DNA from: a bacterium
GTDB taxonomy: Bacteria > Patescibacteriota > Microgenomatia > UBA1406 > GWC2-37-13
DNA: 64,000 nt
NCBI GenBank assembly: GCA_021833625.1
Contig: JAKBEU010000002.1
Coordinates: forward strand, 259,332-323,331
Direction: 5' to 3'
How positions within the stretch are numbered: the first letter of the stretch is position 1; each line of letters opens with the position of its first letter. Positions 1-9,571 of the stretch are shown one piece after another. A program made the position numbers and the translations under genes. The notes beneath the pieces were generated by a model. The model worked only from the letters and a program-made list of their open reading frames with translations. It was not told the origin of the DNA and made no database searches.

Positions 1-4
1 CAAT

Positions 5-712
5 ATGCTATCCATAAAGGACCTCTCTGTTGGTGCTTCGGGTAAAAATATATTGAATGGTATTTCCTGCGCATTCGAAAGCGGAAAAACATATGCGATA
101 ATGGGACCCAACGGATCGGGCAAATCGACACTTGTCCAAACGGTTATGGGCAACCCTGTGTATGCGGTTTCAAAGGAATCCTCCCTCATTTTTGATAAAA
201 AAAAGTTAAACAGTCTTCCAACTGACAAACGGGCCCGGCTGGGTATTGGAATAACGTTTCAGTCCCCCCTTTCACTTCAAGGGATAAGTGTTTTCCAACT
301 GTTGCGCCTTGCAATGAAGAATGTTGACGTGCTTAAACTGCACGTTAGAATAGAAGCTTTGGCAAAAGAATTGAAAATAAAAAAAGAACTGATCGATAGA
401 CCTCTCAATGAAAATGCATCAGGCGGAGAGCGTAAGAAGTTGGAAGTGCTGCAAATGGCCATTCTCAATCCCTCCCTTATTTTTTTTGATGAAATAGATA
501 CGGGTGTTGATATCGACAGCCTGAAAATTATTTTTTCGTTCCTGAAAAAAATAAAGAAAGATAAAACGTTTGTTTTTATTACGCATCATAACAAAATTTT
601 TTCCTATATAGAACCAGACGAAGTATTAGTGATGAAAAACGGAGAGATAGTAAAAATAGGGGATAAAAAGCTTGTCCAAAAAATCGAAGAAAACGGATAT
701 GAAGACATGTAG
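5..712 (+). CDS. sufC: Fe-S cluster assembly ATPase SufC
   Basis: 235-aa ORF with Walker A GPNGSGKST, signature-like ASGGERKK and Walker B LIFFDEIDTGVD. It heads a sufC-B-D-S-U gene string. Confidence 0.9.
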   Translation: MLSIKDLSVGASGKNILNGISCAFESGKTYAIMGPNGSGKSTLVQTVMGNPVYAVSKESSLIFDKKKLNSLPTDKRARLGIGITFQSPLSLQGISVFQLLRLAMKNVDVLKLHVRIEALAKELKIKKELIDRPLNENASGGERKKLEVLQMAILNPSLIFFDEIDTGVDIDSLKIIFSFLKKIKKDKTFVFITHHNKIFSYIEPDEVLVMKNGEIVKIGDKKLVQKIEENGYEDM

Positions 713-720
713 CGCCGCTT

Positions 721-2115
721 ATGAAAACAAAAAAAATAAATTTTGACTACAAATATGGATTTTCCGTTGAGGACAAAAATGTGTTCACAACGGGAAAAGG
801 ATTGTCCGACGGAATCGTACGTATGATTTCCGCAATGAAGGGAGAACCCAAGTGGATGTTGGAAAAAAGACTACAGGCTTACCTTTATTTTGAAAAAGCG
901 AAACTTCCTGACTGGGGTGCCGATCTTTCTAAGATAGACTTCAGCGACATAACGTATTTTATCCGCTCAACGGATAAACAAGTATCTTCGTGGGATGAAC
1001 TTCCCTTAGAAATAAAGGACACCTACGACAGAATAGGGGTTCCTGAAGCGGAAAAGAAATTCCTCTCCGGGGTGAGTGCTCAGTTTGAAAGTGAAGTGGT
1101 GTACGAAAAAGTAAAAGAAACCCTCATTCAACAGGGAGTACTTTTTTGCGATATGGACACGGCACTAAAAAAATATCCCCACATTCTTAAGGAATATTTC
1201 GGAACACTTGTTCCCCATTCGGATAACAAATTTGCCGCTCTCAACACAAGTGTTTGGTCCGGAGGATCATTTGTCTATGTTCCTAAGGGTGTTAAGGTGG
1301 CACTTCCTTTGCAGGCGTATTTCCGCATGAATGCCCAAGCCTTCGGGCAGTTCGAAAGAACCCTCATCATTGCGGATGAAGGCTCATCGGTCCATTATAT
1401 CGAGGGGTGTACGGCACCCATTTATGCCAGAGACTCACTCCACGCTGCAGTTGTTGAGATTTTTGTAAAAGAGGGAGCGCGGGTCCGCTATACTACCGTC
1501 CAGAACTGGAGCAAAAACGTCTATAACCTGGTGACAAAACGCACGCGTGTTGAAAAAAACGGTGTTATGGAATGGGTTGATTGCAACTTGGGAAGTCAGG
1601 TAACCATGAAATACCCGGCAGTCTACTTGATGGGAGAAGGCGCACGGGGAGAGGTACTTTCCATTGCGTTTGCAGGCAACGGACAACATCAGGACGCAGG
1701 CGCTAAAATGATCCATTTTGCTCCCCATACCTCTTCGCGCATCGTTTCGAAATCAATCTCAAAAGAAGGGGGAAGAGCTTCTTACCGCGGCCTTATTCAC
1801 GTTATGCCGCAGGCCGTTGACTCCGGCGTTTACGTTTCGTGTGACGCTCTTTTGTTGGATGGTAACTCCCGCTCCGACACGTATCCGACAATGAGAATAA
1901 AAAACAACGAAAGCACCATACAACATGAAGCGACGGTTGAAAAAATCGGCGAAGAAAAATTGCTTTATCTCATGTCACGGGGACTTTCAAGAGTTGATGC
2001 GGAGACGGCTTATGTGAACGGATTTATTGAGCCGGTCGTAAAGGAAATCCCGCTTGAATATTCCGTCGAGTTAAACAGACTTATACGTCTGGAAATGGAG
2101 GGAAGCATAGGATGA
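721..2115 (+). CDS. sufB: Fe-S cluster assembly scaffold SufB
   Basis: 464-aa ORF starting 8 nt after sufC. It has a SufB/SufD-family core (FERTLIIADEGSSVHYIEGCTAP, C-terminal beta-helix region). Confidence 0.9.
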   Translation: MKTKKINFDYKYGFSVEDKNVFTTGKGLSDGIVRMISAMKGEPKWMLEKRLQAYLYFEKAKLPDWGADLSKIDFSDITYFIRSTDKQVSSWDELPLEIKDTYDRIGVPEAEKKFLSGVSAQFESEVVYEKVKETLIQQGVLFCDMDTALKKYPHILKEYFGTLVPHSDNKFAALNTSVWSGGSFVYVPKGVKVALPLQAYFRMNAQAFGQFERTLIIADEGSSVHYIEGCTAPIYARDSLHAAVVEIFVKEGARVRYTTVQNWSKNVYNLVTKRTRVEKNGVMEWVDCNLGSQVTMKYPAVYLMGEGARGEVLSIAFAGNGQHQDAGAKMIHFAPHTSSRIVSKSISKEGGRASYRGLIHVMPQAVDSGVYVSCDALLLDGNSRSDTYPTMRIKNNESTIQHEATVEKIGEEKLLYLMSRGLSRVDAETAYVNGFIEPVVKEIPLEYSVELNRLIRLEMEGSIG

Positions 2116-2675
2116 ACACTCAATTTATTAAAATAAAAAAAGAAAAAAGTGCATTGGTTTTTGACAAACCGGGGAGATATGTGGTGTTTTTCTCAAACCT
2201 CTCAGGGACTTTGTCTTGCCGCATTGAAACAGAAAATGTAGAACTTTATCTTATTGGTCTTTATGACATGAAAGGGGATGTTAGTTATAAGATCCACACG
2301 GAGCAGATACATGTTGCTCCCCATTCGTTTTCAGATCTGTATTTATTCTCCGTTGCCAACGGCACATCAACACTTGATTTTTCAGGGTTAATACGGATTG
2401 AAAAAAAAGCGCAAAAATCACACGCCTATCAGAAAAACCGGAATCTGATTCTTTCAAAAAAAGCGTCAGTTTCCTCTCTTCCGACACTTGAGATACATGC
2501 AGATGACGTTTTTTGTACGCACGGATCGACCTCCGGACCGCTTCCGAAAGATCAGCTCCAGTATTTACAAATGAGGGGACTAAGCAAACGGGAGGCAAGC
2601 GATTTGGCAATTTTCGGGTTTAAAAACCAAGTGTTTGAGAAGTTACACAGTTTAGGAATTAATAACTATGATTGA
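2112..2675 (+). CDS. sufD: Short SufD-like Fe-S assembly protein
   Basis: 187-aa ORF with an ATGA overlap with sufB. It carries the C-terminal SufB/D signature LPTLEIHADDVFCTHGSTSGPLPKDQLQYLQMRGLS. It is only about half the usual SufD length. Confidence 0.65.
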   Translation: MNTQFIKIKKEKSALVFDKPGRYVVFFSNLSGTLSCRIETENVELYLIGLYDMKGDVSYKIHTEQIHVAPHSFSDLYLFSVANGTSTLDFSGLIRIEKKAQKSHAYQKNRNLILSKKASVSSLPTLEIHADDVFCTHGSTSGPLPKDQLQYLQMRGLSKREASDLAIFGFKNQVFEKLHSLGINNYD

Positions 2676-3885
2676 TGTCATTGAGATAAAAAAAGATTTC
2701 CCCATATTTAAAGACAATGCGGATTTTGTCTATCTTGATTCAACGGCAACCTCCCTAAAGCCCAGCTCCGTGATACGGGCTATGTCGGAATATTATTCCC
2801 ATTATTCCGCAAATATTTTCAGGGGAGTATATGATATTTCGGAACGTTCAACAAAGGAGTATGAGGAAACAAGAAGCTTGGTCAAAGAGTTTATTCATGC
2901 ATCAAGCGAGGCGGAGATTATTTTTACCCGTAATACGACTGAGTCGATCAATTTGTTTGTAAACGGAATGAGTGATAGGTTGCAGAGGGGTGATGAAATT
3001 GTGACGGTTATTTCCGAACATCACTCAAACTTCGTTCCCTGGCAGCAGCTTGCACAAAAAAAAGGACTTATCTTCAAAATTATAGATGTTGATAAGACGG
3101 GGACGTGGCAGGAGGATTGGCAAAGTCTCATAACAAAAAAAACAAAAGTGCTTGCCACTTCGCATGTCTCAAACGTTTTAGGAACCCTCAATCCGATACG
3201 GCAGATTATTAAGGATATAAAAAAAATAAATCCGGATATCGTTATTCTGGTTGACGGAGCGCAGGCGGTGGGTTCCGTATCCGTTGATGTACAGGCGCTT
3301 GGGTGTGATGCATATGTTTTTTCTGCCCATAAGATGTTGGGGCCCACGGGAGTAGGTGTTTTGTGGGCAAAAGAAGAACTTCTTGATACACTTCCTCCGT
3401 ATCAGTTTGGAGGAGAAATGATACGTTCCGTAACACCGCAGAAAACGGTGTTTGCTAATCTTCCTCACCGGTTTGAAGCGGGAACTCCCCATATTGCGGG
3501 CGTTATTGCCTTCAAACAGGCAATTCTTTATCTGCAAGGCAAAGGACTGAAAAAAATATATGATCACGAAGTGGCGTTAGCTCAGGATTTTTACAACAAA
3601 TTAAATAATACCTTTGGAAAGGATGTGACAATAATCGGTCCCGCACAGCGCGCGTCGGGAATAGTTGCATTTACGATAAACGGAGTACACGCACATGACG
3701 TTGCGCAGATACTCAATGAAGATAATATCGCGGTCCGGGCAGGTCATCATTGCGCTATGCCGCTCCATGACAGATTGGGAGTTGAGGCATCGGTCCGGGC
3801 ATCATTTTATCTGTATAATTCTTTTGACGATGTTGATACAATTGTTCGTTCCTTAATAAAGGTTCGGAAAATGTTTAATAAATAA
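2668..3885 (+). CDS. sufS: Cysteine desulfurase SufS (class V aminotransferase)
   Basis: 405 aa. It has the PLP-lysine context FSAHKMLGPTGVGVLW and the catalytic Cys loop RAGHHCAMPL, and sits in the suf cluster. Confidence 0.9.
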   Translation: MIDVIEIKKDFPIFKDNADFVYLDSTATSLKPSSVIRAMSEYYSHYSANIFRGVYDISERSTKEYEETRSLVKEFIHASSEAEIIFTRNTTESINLFVNGMSDRLQRGDEIVTVISEHHSNFVPWQQLAQKKGLIFKIIDVDKTGTWQEDWQSLITKKTKVLATSHVSNVLGTLNPIRQIIKDIKKINPDIVILVDGAQAVGSVSVDVQALGCDAYVFSAHKMLGPTGVGVLWAKEELLDTLPPYQFGGEMIRSVTPQKTVFANLPHRFEAGTPHIAGVIAFKQAILYLQGKGLKKIYDHEVALAQDFYNKLNNTFGKDVTIIGPAQRASGIVAFTINGVHAHDVAQILNEDNIAVRAGHHCAMPLHDRLGVEASVRASFYLYNSFDDVDTIVRSLIKVRKMFNK

Positions 3886-3887
3886 TT

Positions 3888-4250
3888 ATGGCGTCCATTT
3901 ATCAGGAGATAATTTTGCAGCACGCGGAGAGTCCCCACAATTTCGGGAGACTCCCGAGCTCTACAAACAAAATTGTTTTGGATAATCCGCTTTGCGGAGA
4001 CGTCATCCAGATGGAGGTTGAAATAAGAGGAAAAATAGTTACCGACATTAAATTCACCGGCAAAGGATGTGCTATTTCCAAAGCGTCAGCATCGCTTCTG
4101 ACTGACTTTGCCAAGGGCAAGAAGATTGATGAGTTGCGGGCACTGGATAAAACGAGTATCATAAAATTATTGGGAGTCGAGCTTGGTCCTAACCGGCTTA
4201 AGTGTGCTCTTCTCCCCTTGGAGGCTTTACAAAAATTAATACATAAATAA
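3888..4250 (+). CDS. sufU: SufU/IscU-type sulfur acceptor/scaffold
   Basis: 120 aa with three conserved Cys contexts (NPLCGD, GKGCAIS, RLKCALLP). It lies directly after sufS. Confidence 0.8.
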   Translation: MASIYQEIILQHAESPHNFGRLPSSTNKIVLDNPLCGDVIQMEVEIRGKIVTDIKFTGKGCAISKASASLLTDFAKGKKIDELRALDKTSIIKLLGVELGPNRLKCALLPLEALQKLIHK

Positions 4251-4258
4251 AAGCTCGT

Positions 4259-4531
4259 ATGTCAGACAAACTTATCGACGAGACAAAACCTTCCGGTCCG
4301 GCAGCAGTTGGAAAATGGAAAGTTACCGTGGATAGAGAACTCTGCATAGGAGCCGCAACGTGTGTTGCCGTCGCACCGAAAACATTTATTCTTGACGGAG
4401 ACGCAAAAGCCATCATTCTTGAAACGGCAATTGAGGAAAAAAGCGATACTATTTTGGAAGCCGCAAAAGCATGTCCGGTTGCGGCCATTATCATTGAGGA
4501 TGAAAACGGTCACAAATTATTTCCAGAATGA
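4259..4531 (+). CDS. Small single-cluster ferredoxin
   Basis: 90 aa with the Cys motif CIGAATCVAVAP ... ACPVAAI. It has an ATGA overlap with the downstream oxidoreductase gene. Confidence 0.7.
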   Translation: MSDKLIDETKPSGPAAVGKWKVTVDRELCIGAATCVAVAPKTFILDGDAKAIILETAIEEKSDTILEAAKACPVAAIIIEDENGHKLFPE

Positions 4532-6243
4532 CTATGAAATATACGTGGAAAATCGGAGGAGAAGCGGGATTTGGAATACTTACCACCGGATCACTTTTTT
4601 CAAAAATCGCCTCTCGTCGGGGAAGCTATATTTTTGACTTTATAGAATATCCGTCCCTCATCCGTGGAGGACATAATACGTATGACGTAACTATTTCGGA
4701 TACGCCGGTCCATTCATTAAAAGAAGGAGTCGACGTTCTTATTTGCTTGAATAAAGAAACATATGTCTTGCATAAATCAAAACTGTCTTCCACAAGCAGA
4801 GTCGTTTATGATCCGGATGAGTTTACTCCTGAGGAAGGAGTAATTCGTGTGGCGGTACCTTTCACAAAAATACTTGCTGAGCTAAAGGGACAGGTAATAA
4901 TGAAAAATACCATTGCGCTTGGCGCATCGTTGGCGATATTCGGGGCCGACCTTACAGAACTGCTGTCCATTTTTGAAACACAGTTCAAAAAAAAGGGAGC
5001 TGAGGTCATTTCGATGAATCAGGAGTTTGCAAAACGGGGATTTGACATGGTTATTCAAAACAATATAAAAGATATTATTCCTGCACTTCAAAAAAAAGAA
5101 TCAGGCAAAAAAATAGTGCTCAATGGAAATGAAGCTTTTTCCTACGGTGCTGTTGCTGCTGACTGTCGTTTTTATTGCGCCTATCCCATGACTCCGGCCT
5201 CAACGGTCCTCACGACCCTTGCCGCATGGGGAAAAAAGACCGGAATGGTGGTGCGGCATGCTGAAGATGAAATATCGGTAATCAATACGGCCCTTGGTGC
5301 CTCATTTGCGGGAGTCAGAAGCGCCGTCGGGTCTTCAGGAGGAGGATTTGCTTTGATGGTTGAGGCAATCTCACTATCAGGCATAACGGAAATTCCGCTT
5401 GTCATTTTCTTGTCTCAAAGACCGGGTCCCGCAACAGGAATGCCTACATGGACCGAACAGGCAGATCTGCTGTTTGCGGTACACGCAGGGCATGGGGAGT
5501 TTCAAAAAATAGTACTCGCTCCCGGCGATCAGGAAGAGATGATTTTGCAAACTATTAAAGCATTCGACCTTGCTGACGTATATCAGGTTCCCGTTATCGT
5601 GATGTCGGACATGCTTCTTTCCGAAGCGCATAAATCAATTTCGTTTGAGAAAATTGCAGACTTTTTAAAGACATATAAACCAAATAGGGGTAAATTAGTT
5701 GCGACTGCCGAGCACGGATATAAACGTTTTGCCGTTACAGATGACGGGATTTCTCCTCGTCTTATTCCAGGAGACCCCAACAACTTTTACCAGGCAAACT
5801 CATATGAACATCTTGAAGATGGGCATACGACGGAGAGTGACATAGAACGGATTAAGCAGGTGAATAAACGTGCCAGAAAAATGAACGGGTATCTAACTTC
5901 CGATTTTATCCTGCCGACGGTCCTTGGTGACTTGAAACAGGCAAAAACGGTGTTTATTGGATGGGGATCAACAAAGGGAGTGTTTCTTGATGCAGAGGAA
6001 ACGGCGAAAGAAAAAGGACTCTCTGTTGCCTTTATGCACTTTTCCCACGTCTATCCTCTTTCAAAGGAAAAACTATCTCCGCTTTTTGCCGATACAACAA
6101 AAAAATATATACTGGTTGAGAATAATTCAGAAGGACAGTTCGGAAAACTGCTGCGGATGGAAACCGGCATTTCAATTGAAAAGAAAGTATTAAGATATGA
6201 CGGAAGACCGTTAACAGTTGAAGCGATATTGGCAGAGGCCTAA
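4528..6243 (+). CDS. korA: 2-oxoacid:ferredoxin oxidoreductase, fused gamma/alpha subunit
   Basis: 571 aa. An N-terminal gamma-like domain is followed by the alpha domain (NGNEAFSYGAVAADCRFYCAYPMTPAS). It pairs with the beta subunit gene that follows. Confidence 0.85.
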   Translation: MTMKYTWKIGGEAGFGILTTGSLFSKIASRRGSYIFDFIEYPSLIRGGHNTYDVTISDTPVHSLKEGVDVLICLNKETYVLHKSKLSSTSRVVYDPDEFTPEEGVIRVAVPFTKILAELKGQVIMKNTIALGASLAIFGADLTELLSIFETQFKKKGAEVISMNQEFAKRGFDMVIQNNIKDIIPALQKKESGKKIVLNGNEAFSYGAVAADCRFYCAYPMTPASTVLTTLAAWGKKTGMVVRHAEDEISVINTALGASFAGVRSAVGSSGGGFALMVEAISLSGITEIPLVIFLSQRPGPATGMPTWTEQADLLFAVHAGHGEFQKIVLAPGDQEEMILQTIKAFDLADVYQVPVIVMSDMLLSEAHKSISFEKIADFLKTYKPNRGKLVATAEHGYKRFAVTDDGISPRLIPGDPNNFYQANSYEHLEDGHTTESDIERIKQVNKRARKMNGYLTSDFILPTVLGDLKQAKTVFIGWGSTKGVFLDAEETAKEKGLSVAFMHFSHVYPLSKEKLSPLFADTTKKYILVENNSEGQFGKLLRMETGISIEKKVLRYDGRPLTVEAILAEA

Positions 6244-6255
6244 AACATTACTCTT

Positions 6256-7107
6256 ATGGCAACACTACAAGATTTTACCGGATATGCGCCGACCTGGTGT
6301 CCCGGGTGCGGAGACTGGGGAATTGGGATGGCAATAAAGACCGCACTTGTTGAGATGGGGTTTACGCCTTCTTCACTTATGGTCACCTTCGGAATAGGAT
6401 GCTCGGGAAACATGAATGACTTTCTTAATGCATATGCTCTTCATGGACTTCATGGACGATCTATCCCGACAGCAATAGGAATGAAACTTGCCAATCATGC
6501 GCTTCCCGTGTGTGCAATTGCCGGAGACGGAGACTGTTATGGAGAAGGGGGGAATCATTTCCTTCATGCGTGTCGCGGTAATCATGACATAAAAGTAATC
6601 ATTCACGACAATCGCGTATACGGTCTTACGACGGGACAGGTGGCACCCACCGCAGATAAGGGGTATCCTTCCAAATCAACCCCTTCCGGAATTATCGAGG
6701 TTCCGATAGATCCGCTTTCCCTTGCAATAACACAGGGAGCGACATTCGTTGCCCAGTCGTTTGCAGGAGATTTGAAACATATGTCCGAGATGATAAAGGC
6801 GGCATTCAATCACAAAGGATTTGCGCTGGTGAACATCCTTCAACCGTGTGTTACCTTTAATAAAAAGAATACGTATCCGTATTATATGCAACGCGTATAT
6901 AAGCTTGACGGCACTCATAATCCACAGGATAAGATAAGCGCACTGCAACGGGCAATGGAGCTTCATGAAGAGAAATTTCCACTGGGAATTTTGTATGAAA
7001 CGACGCGAAAAACATACCATGAAGAGGCAATGAACAATGTCGCAACTCCACTTCTGTCCCAAGCGCGATACACGGATTTTGAGGCGCTTTCTGATGAATT
7101 TGTTTGA
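6256..7107 (+). CDS. korB: 2-oxoacid:ferredoxin oxidoreductase, beta (TPP-binding) subunit
   Basis: 283 aa with WCPGCGD and the TPP motif IAGDGDCYGEGGNH. Confidence 0.85.
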   Translation: MATLQDFTGYAPTWCPGCGDWGIGMAIKTALVEMGFTPSSLMVTFGIGCSGNMNDFLNAYALHGLHGRSIPTAIGMKLANHALPVCAIAGDGDCYGEGGNHFLHACRGNHDIKVIIHDNRVYGLTTGQVAPTADKGYPSKSTPSGIIEVPIDPLSLAITQGATFVAQSFAGDLKHMSEMIKAAFNHKGFALVNILQPCVTFNKKNTYPYYMQRVYKLDGTHNPQDKISALQRAMELHEEKFPLGILYETTRKTYHEEAMNNVATPLLSQARYTDFEALSDEFV

Positions 7108-7131
7108 TTTTTTTACTCATTAAATTAGTGA

Positions 7132-7160
7132 TTGACAATTAGCAAACCTTTTGTTATAGT
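7132..7160 (+). promoter_or_regulatory. Sigma70-like promoter of lon (TTGACA-17-TATAGT), ending 9 nt before the ATG
   Basis: TTGACA at 7132-7137, a 17-nt spacer and TATAGT at 7155-7160. The lon ATG is at 7170 and there is no SD motif. Confidence 0.55.
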
Positions 7161-7169
7161 GCTAATACT

Positions 7170-9563
7170 ATGGCATTTTTCATTGATGACAAACAAACAA
7201 AAAAAATCTTTCCGGTGATAGCAGTGAGAGAGGGAATCGTCTTCCCGAAGACCGAAAACGTGCTTGTTTTTGGGCGCCAGAAAAGCGTCGCAACAATAAA
7301 TGAAGCACTGAAACGGGACAAAAAAATGGTTCTTCTTCTTCAGAAGAAAACGGAACAGGAAGATCCCAAAAAAGAAGAGCTTACCCAGATAGGAGTTCTT
7401 GTTTCTATTGAAAAAGTGGTGGTGGGGGAGAAGGGCGAGATAAACGCGATGGTGAAGGGAATCGAAAAAGTGAAGGTTCTCGAATATATAAAGGAAGTTC
7501 CTTACTTTGAAGCAAATGTTGAAACGGTCATTGATTTCGTTGAAGACAATGACGAGATAAACGCGATGGTGAAGTATATTTCCCAACAGGTAAAAAAAGC
7601 GATTAATCACGGTAAAGCGGTGGACTTCGTTTTTTTGATGAACATTCTCAATGTCTCAACTCCTTCCGATTTTTCCTATCAGATTGCAGCGGTGCTTGAC
7701 CTGAAAGAATCGGAACGCCAGGAACTGCTTGAGGAAGTATATTTGAAAAACCGTCTGAAGAAAGAAGTGGAATTTGTTAATAAGGAAGTAAAAATGCTTG
7801 AAATTGAGCAGAATATTTCGGCCAAGACACAAAAAAAATTCGAGAAAGGTATGAAGGAAACGTTCCTGAAGGAGAAGATGAAGACAATTGAAGAAGAATT
7901 GGGAGGAGGAGATGATAATAAGGAAACAAAAGAATATGAGGCAAAAATAAAGAAAGCAAACATGCCCAAAGAAATCGAAGAGAAAGCCATCAAAGAATTA
8001 AAACGGCTTGCCGGCATGTCTCCTTTTAATCCGGAGACTTCTTATGTCAAAAACTATCTTGACTGGCTTGTCGAGATCCCGTGGACGCTTCCCACATCTT
8101 CCACCATCAACATAAAGGGGGCAGAAAAGATTCTCAACGAAGACCATTTCGGACTTACGAAAATAAAAGAAAGAATACTTGAATATCTGGCAGTCATTGA
8201 ACTGCACAGAATGAAGGAGGCATCGGTAAAAGAAAAAGGAGCAAATAAAAAAAAGAAAAACTTTCAACCGACCATTATTTGTTTTGCAGGACCTCCGGGA
8301 GTCGGAAAAACGTCGCTTGGAAGGTCTATTGCCCGTGCTTTGGGTCGGCAGTTCGTGAAAGTATCCTTAGGCGGAGTGCGGGATGAAGCGGAAATACGCG
8401 GTCACCGCAGAACATATGTCGGTGCAATGCCGGGGCGTATTATTCAGGGAATTAAACAGGCAGGAACCAGAAATCCCGTTTTTATGCTTGATGAGATAGA
8501 CAAGATAGGACGTGATTATCGGGGGGATGCATCAGCAGCTTTGCTTGAAGCACTTGACCCGGAACAGAATCATGCATTCTCTGATCATTATCTTGAAGTT
8601 CCCTATGATTTAAGTGATGTGTTTTTCATCACGACGGCAAACATGCTGGATACCATTCCGGAAGCGCTTCGTGACAGGCTTGAGATAATCTATTTCCCCG
8701 GATACACGGAAGACGAAAAGTTCCACATTGGACATGACTATCTTGTTAAAAAACAACAGGAAGCACACGGTATCTCACCGAAAGAAGGATCGATAAGCGA
8801 CTCTGCTTTGAAGTTGATGATCCGCCGTTATACGCGGGAAGCAGGAGTGCGTGAGCTTGAACGGCAAATTGCGACCGTATTCAGGAAGAAAGCGCGGGAG
8901 CTTGTCGAAAAGAAAAAAGCGGAAGTGGTTGTTAAGTCAGCAAAGCTTGCCTCTTACCTTGGGCCTTTCAAATATTCCGACTCGGTACTTGAAGAAAAAA
9001 ATACGGTGGGGATAGCAACGGGTCTGGCATGGACACAGGCAGGAGGAGATGTACTGTTTATCGAAGTTGCCGTGATGCCGGGAAAAGGCTCGCTCACTCT
9101 CACCGGGCAGCTGGGAGACGTCATGAAGGAGTCGTGTCAGGCAGCTCTGTCCTATATCAGGCCACGCTACGAAAAATTCGGACTGGATAAGGATTTTTAC
9201 AACAAAATCGATATCCACGTACACGTGCCGGAAGGCGCAGTGCCGAAAGACGGACCGTCTGCCGGACTTGCGATAACAACGGCAATGGTCTCTGCTTTGA
9301 CAAAAAATCCGTTTAAACGGGATGTTGCGATGACGGGAGAAGTGACTCTTCGCGGACGCGCCCTTGAAATAGGCGGCGTGAAAGAGAAAGTCATTGCGGC
9401 ACAACGGGCAGGGGTAAAAACGGTTATTCTGCCAAAAGAGAATAAAAAAGATCTAGAAGATATTCCGGAAGCAGTGAAAAGTAAACTTACCTTTGTCTTT
9501 GTTGAACATGCTGACGAAGTGTTCCCCGTTGCGCTCGAGAAAAAGATCGGTAACAACAAATAA
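7170..9563 (+). CDS. lon: ATP-dependent Lon protease
   Basis: 797 aa with a LON N-domain, AAA+ Walker A GPPGVGKTS and a C-terminal protease domain with PKDGPSAG (catalytic Ser context). Confidence 0.95.
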   Translation: MAFFIDDKQTKKIFPVIAVREGIVFPKTENVLVFGRQKSVATINEALKRDKKMVLLLQKKTEQEDPKKEELTQIGVLVSIEKVVVGEKGEINAMVKGIEKVKVLEYIKEVPYFEANVETVIDFVEDNDEINAMVKYISQQVKKAINHGKAVDFVFLMNILNVSTPSDFSYQIAAVLDLKESERQELLEEVYLKNRLKKEVEFVNKEVKMLEIEQNISAKTQKKFEKGMKETFLKEKMKTIEEELGGGDDNKETKEYEAKIKKANMPKEIEEKAIKELKRLAGMSPFNPETSYVKNYLDWLVEIPWTLPTSSTINIKGAEKILNEDHFGLTKIKERILEYLAVIELHRMKEASVKEKGANKKKKNFQPTIICFAGPPGVGKTSLGRSIARALGRQFVKVSLGGVRDEAEIRGHRRTYVGAMPGRIIQGIKQAGTRNPVFMLDEIDKIGRDYRGDASAALLEALDPEQNHAFSDHYLEVPYDLSDVFFITTANMLDTIPEALRDRLEIIYFPGYTEDEKFHIGHDYLVKKQQEAHGISPKEGSISDSALKLMIRRYTREAGVRELERQIATVFRKKARELVEKKKAEVVVKSAKLASYLGPFKYSDSVLEEKNTVGIATGLAWTQAGGDVLFIEVAVMPGKGSLTLTGQLGDVMKESCQAALSYIRPRYEKFGLDKDFYNKIDIHVHVPEGAVPKDGPSAGLAITTAMVSALTKNPFKRDVAMTGEVTLRGRALEIGGVKEKVIAAQRAGVKTVILPKENKKDLEDIPEAVKSKLTFVFVEHADEVFPVALEKKIGNNK

Positions 9564-9571
9564 GCAACGCG

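Noticed and set aside
4362-4637. A 91-aa ORF bridging the ferredoxin and korA genes in another frame.
   Set aside because: It overlaps two genes with clear motifs in their own frames, and its basic low-complexity translation shows no start context.
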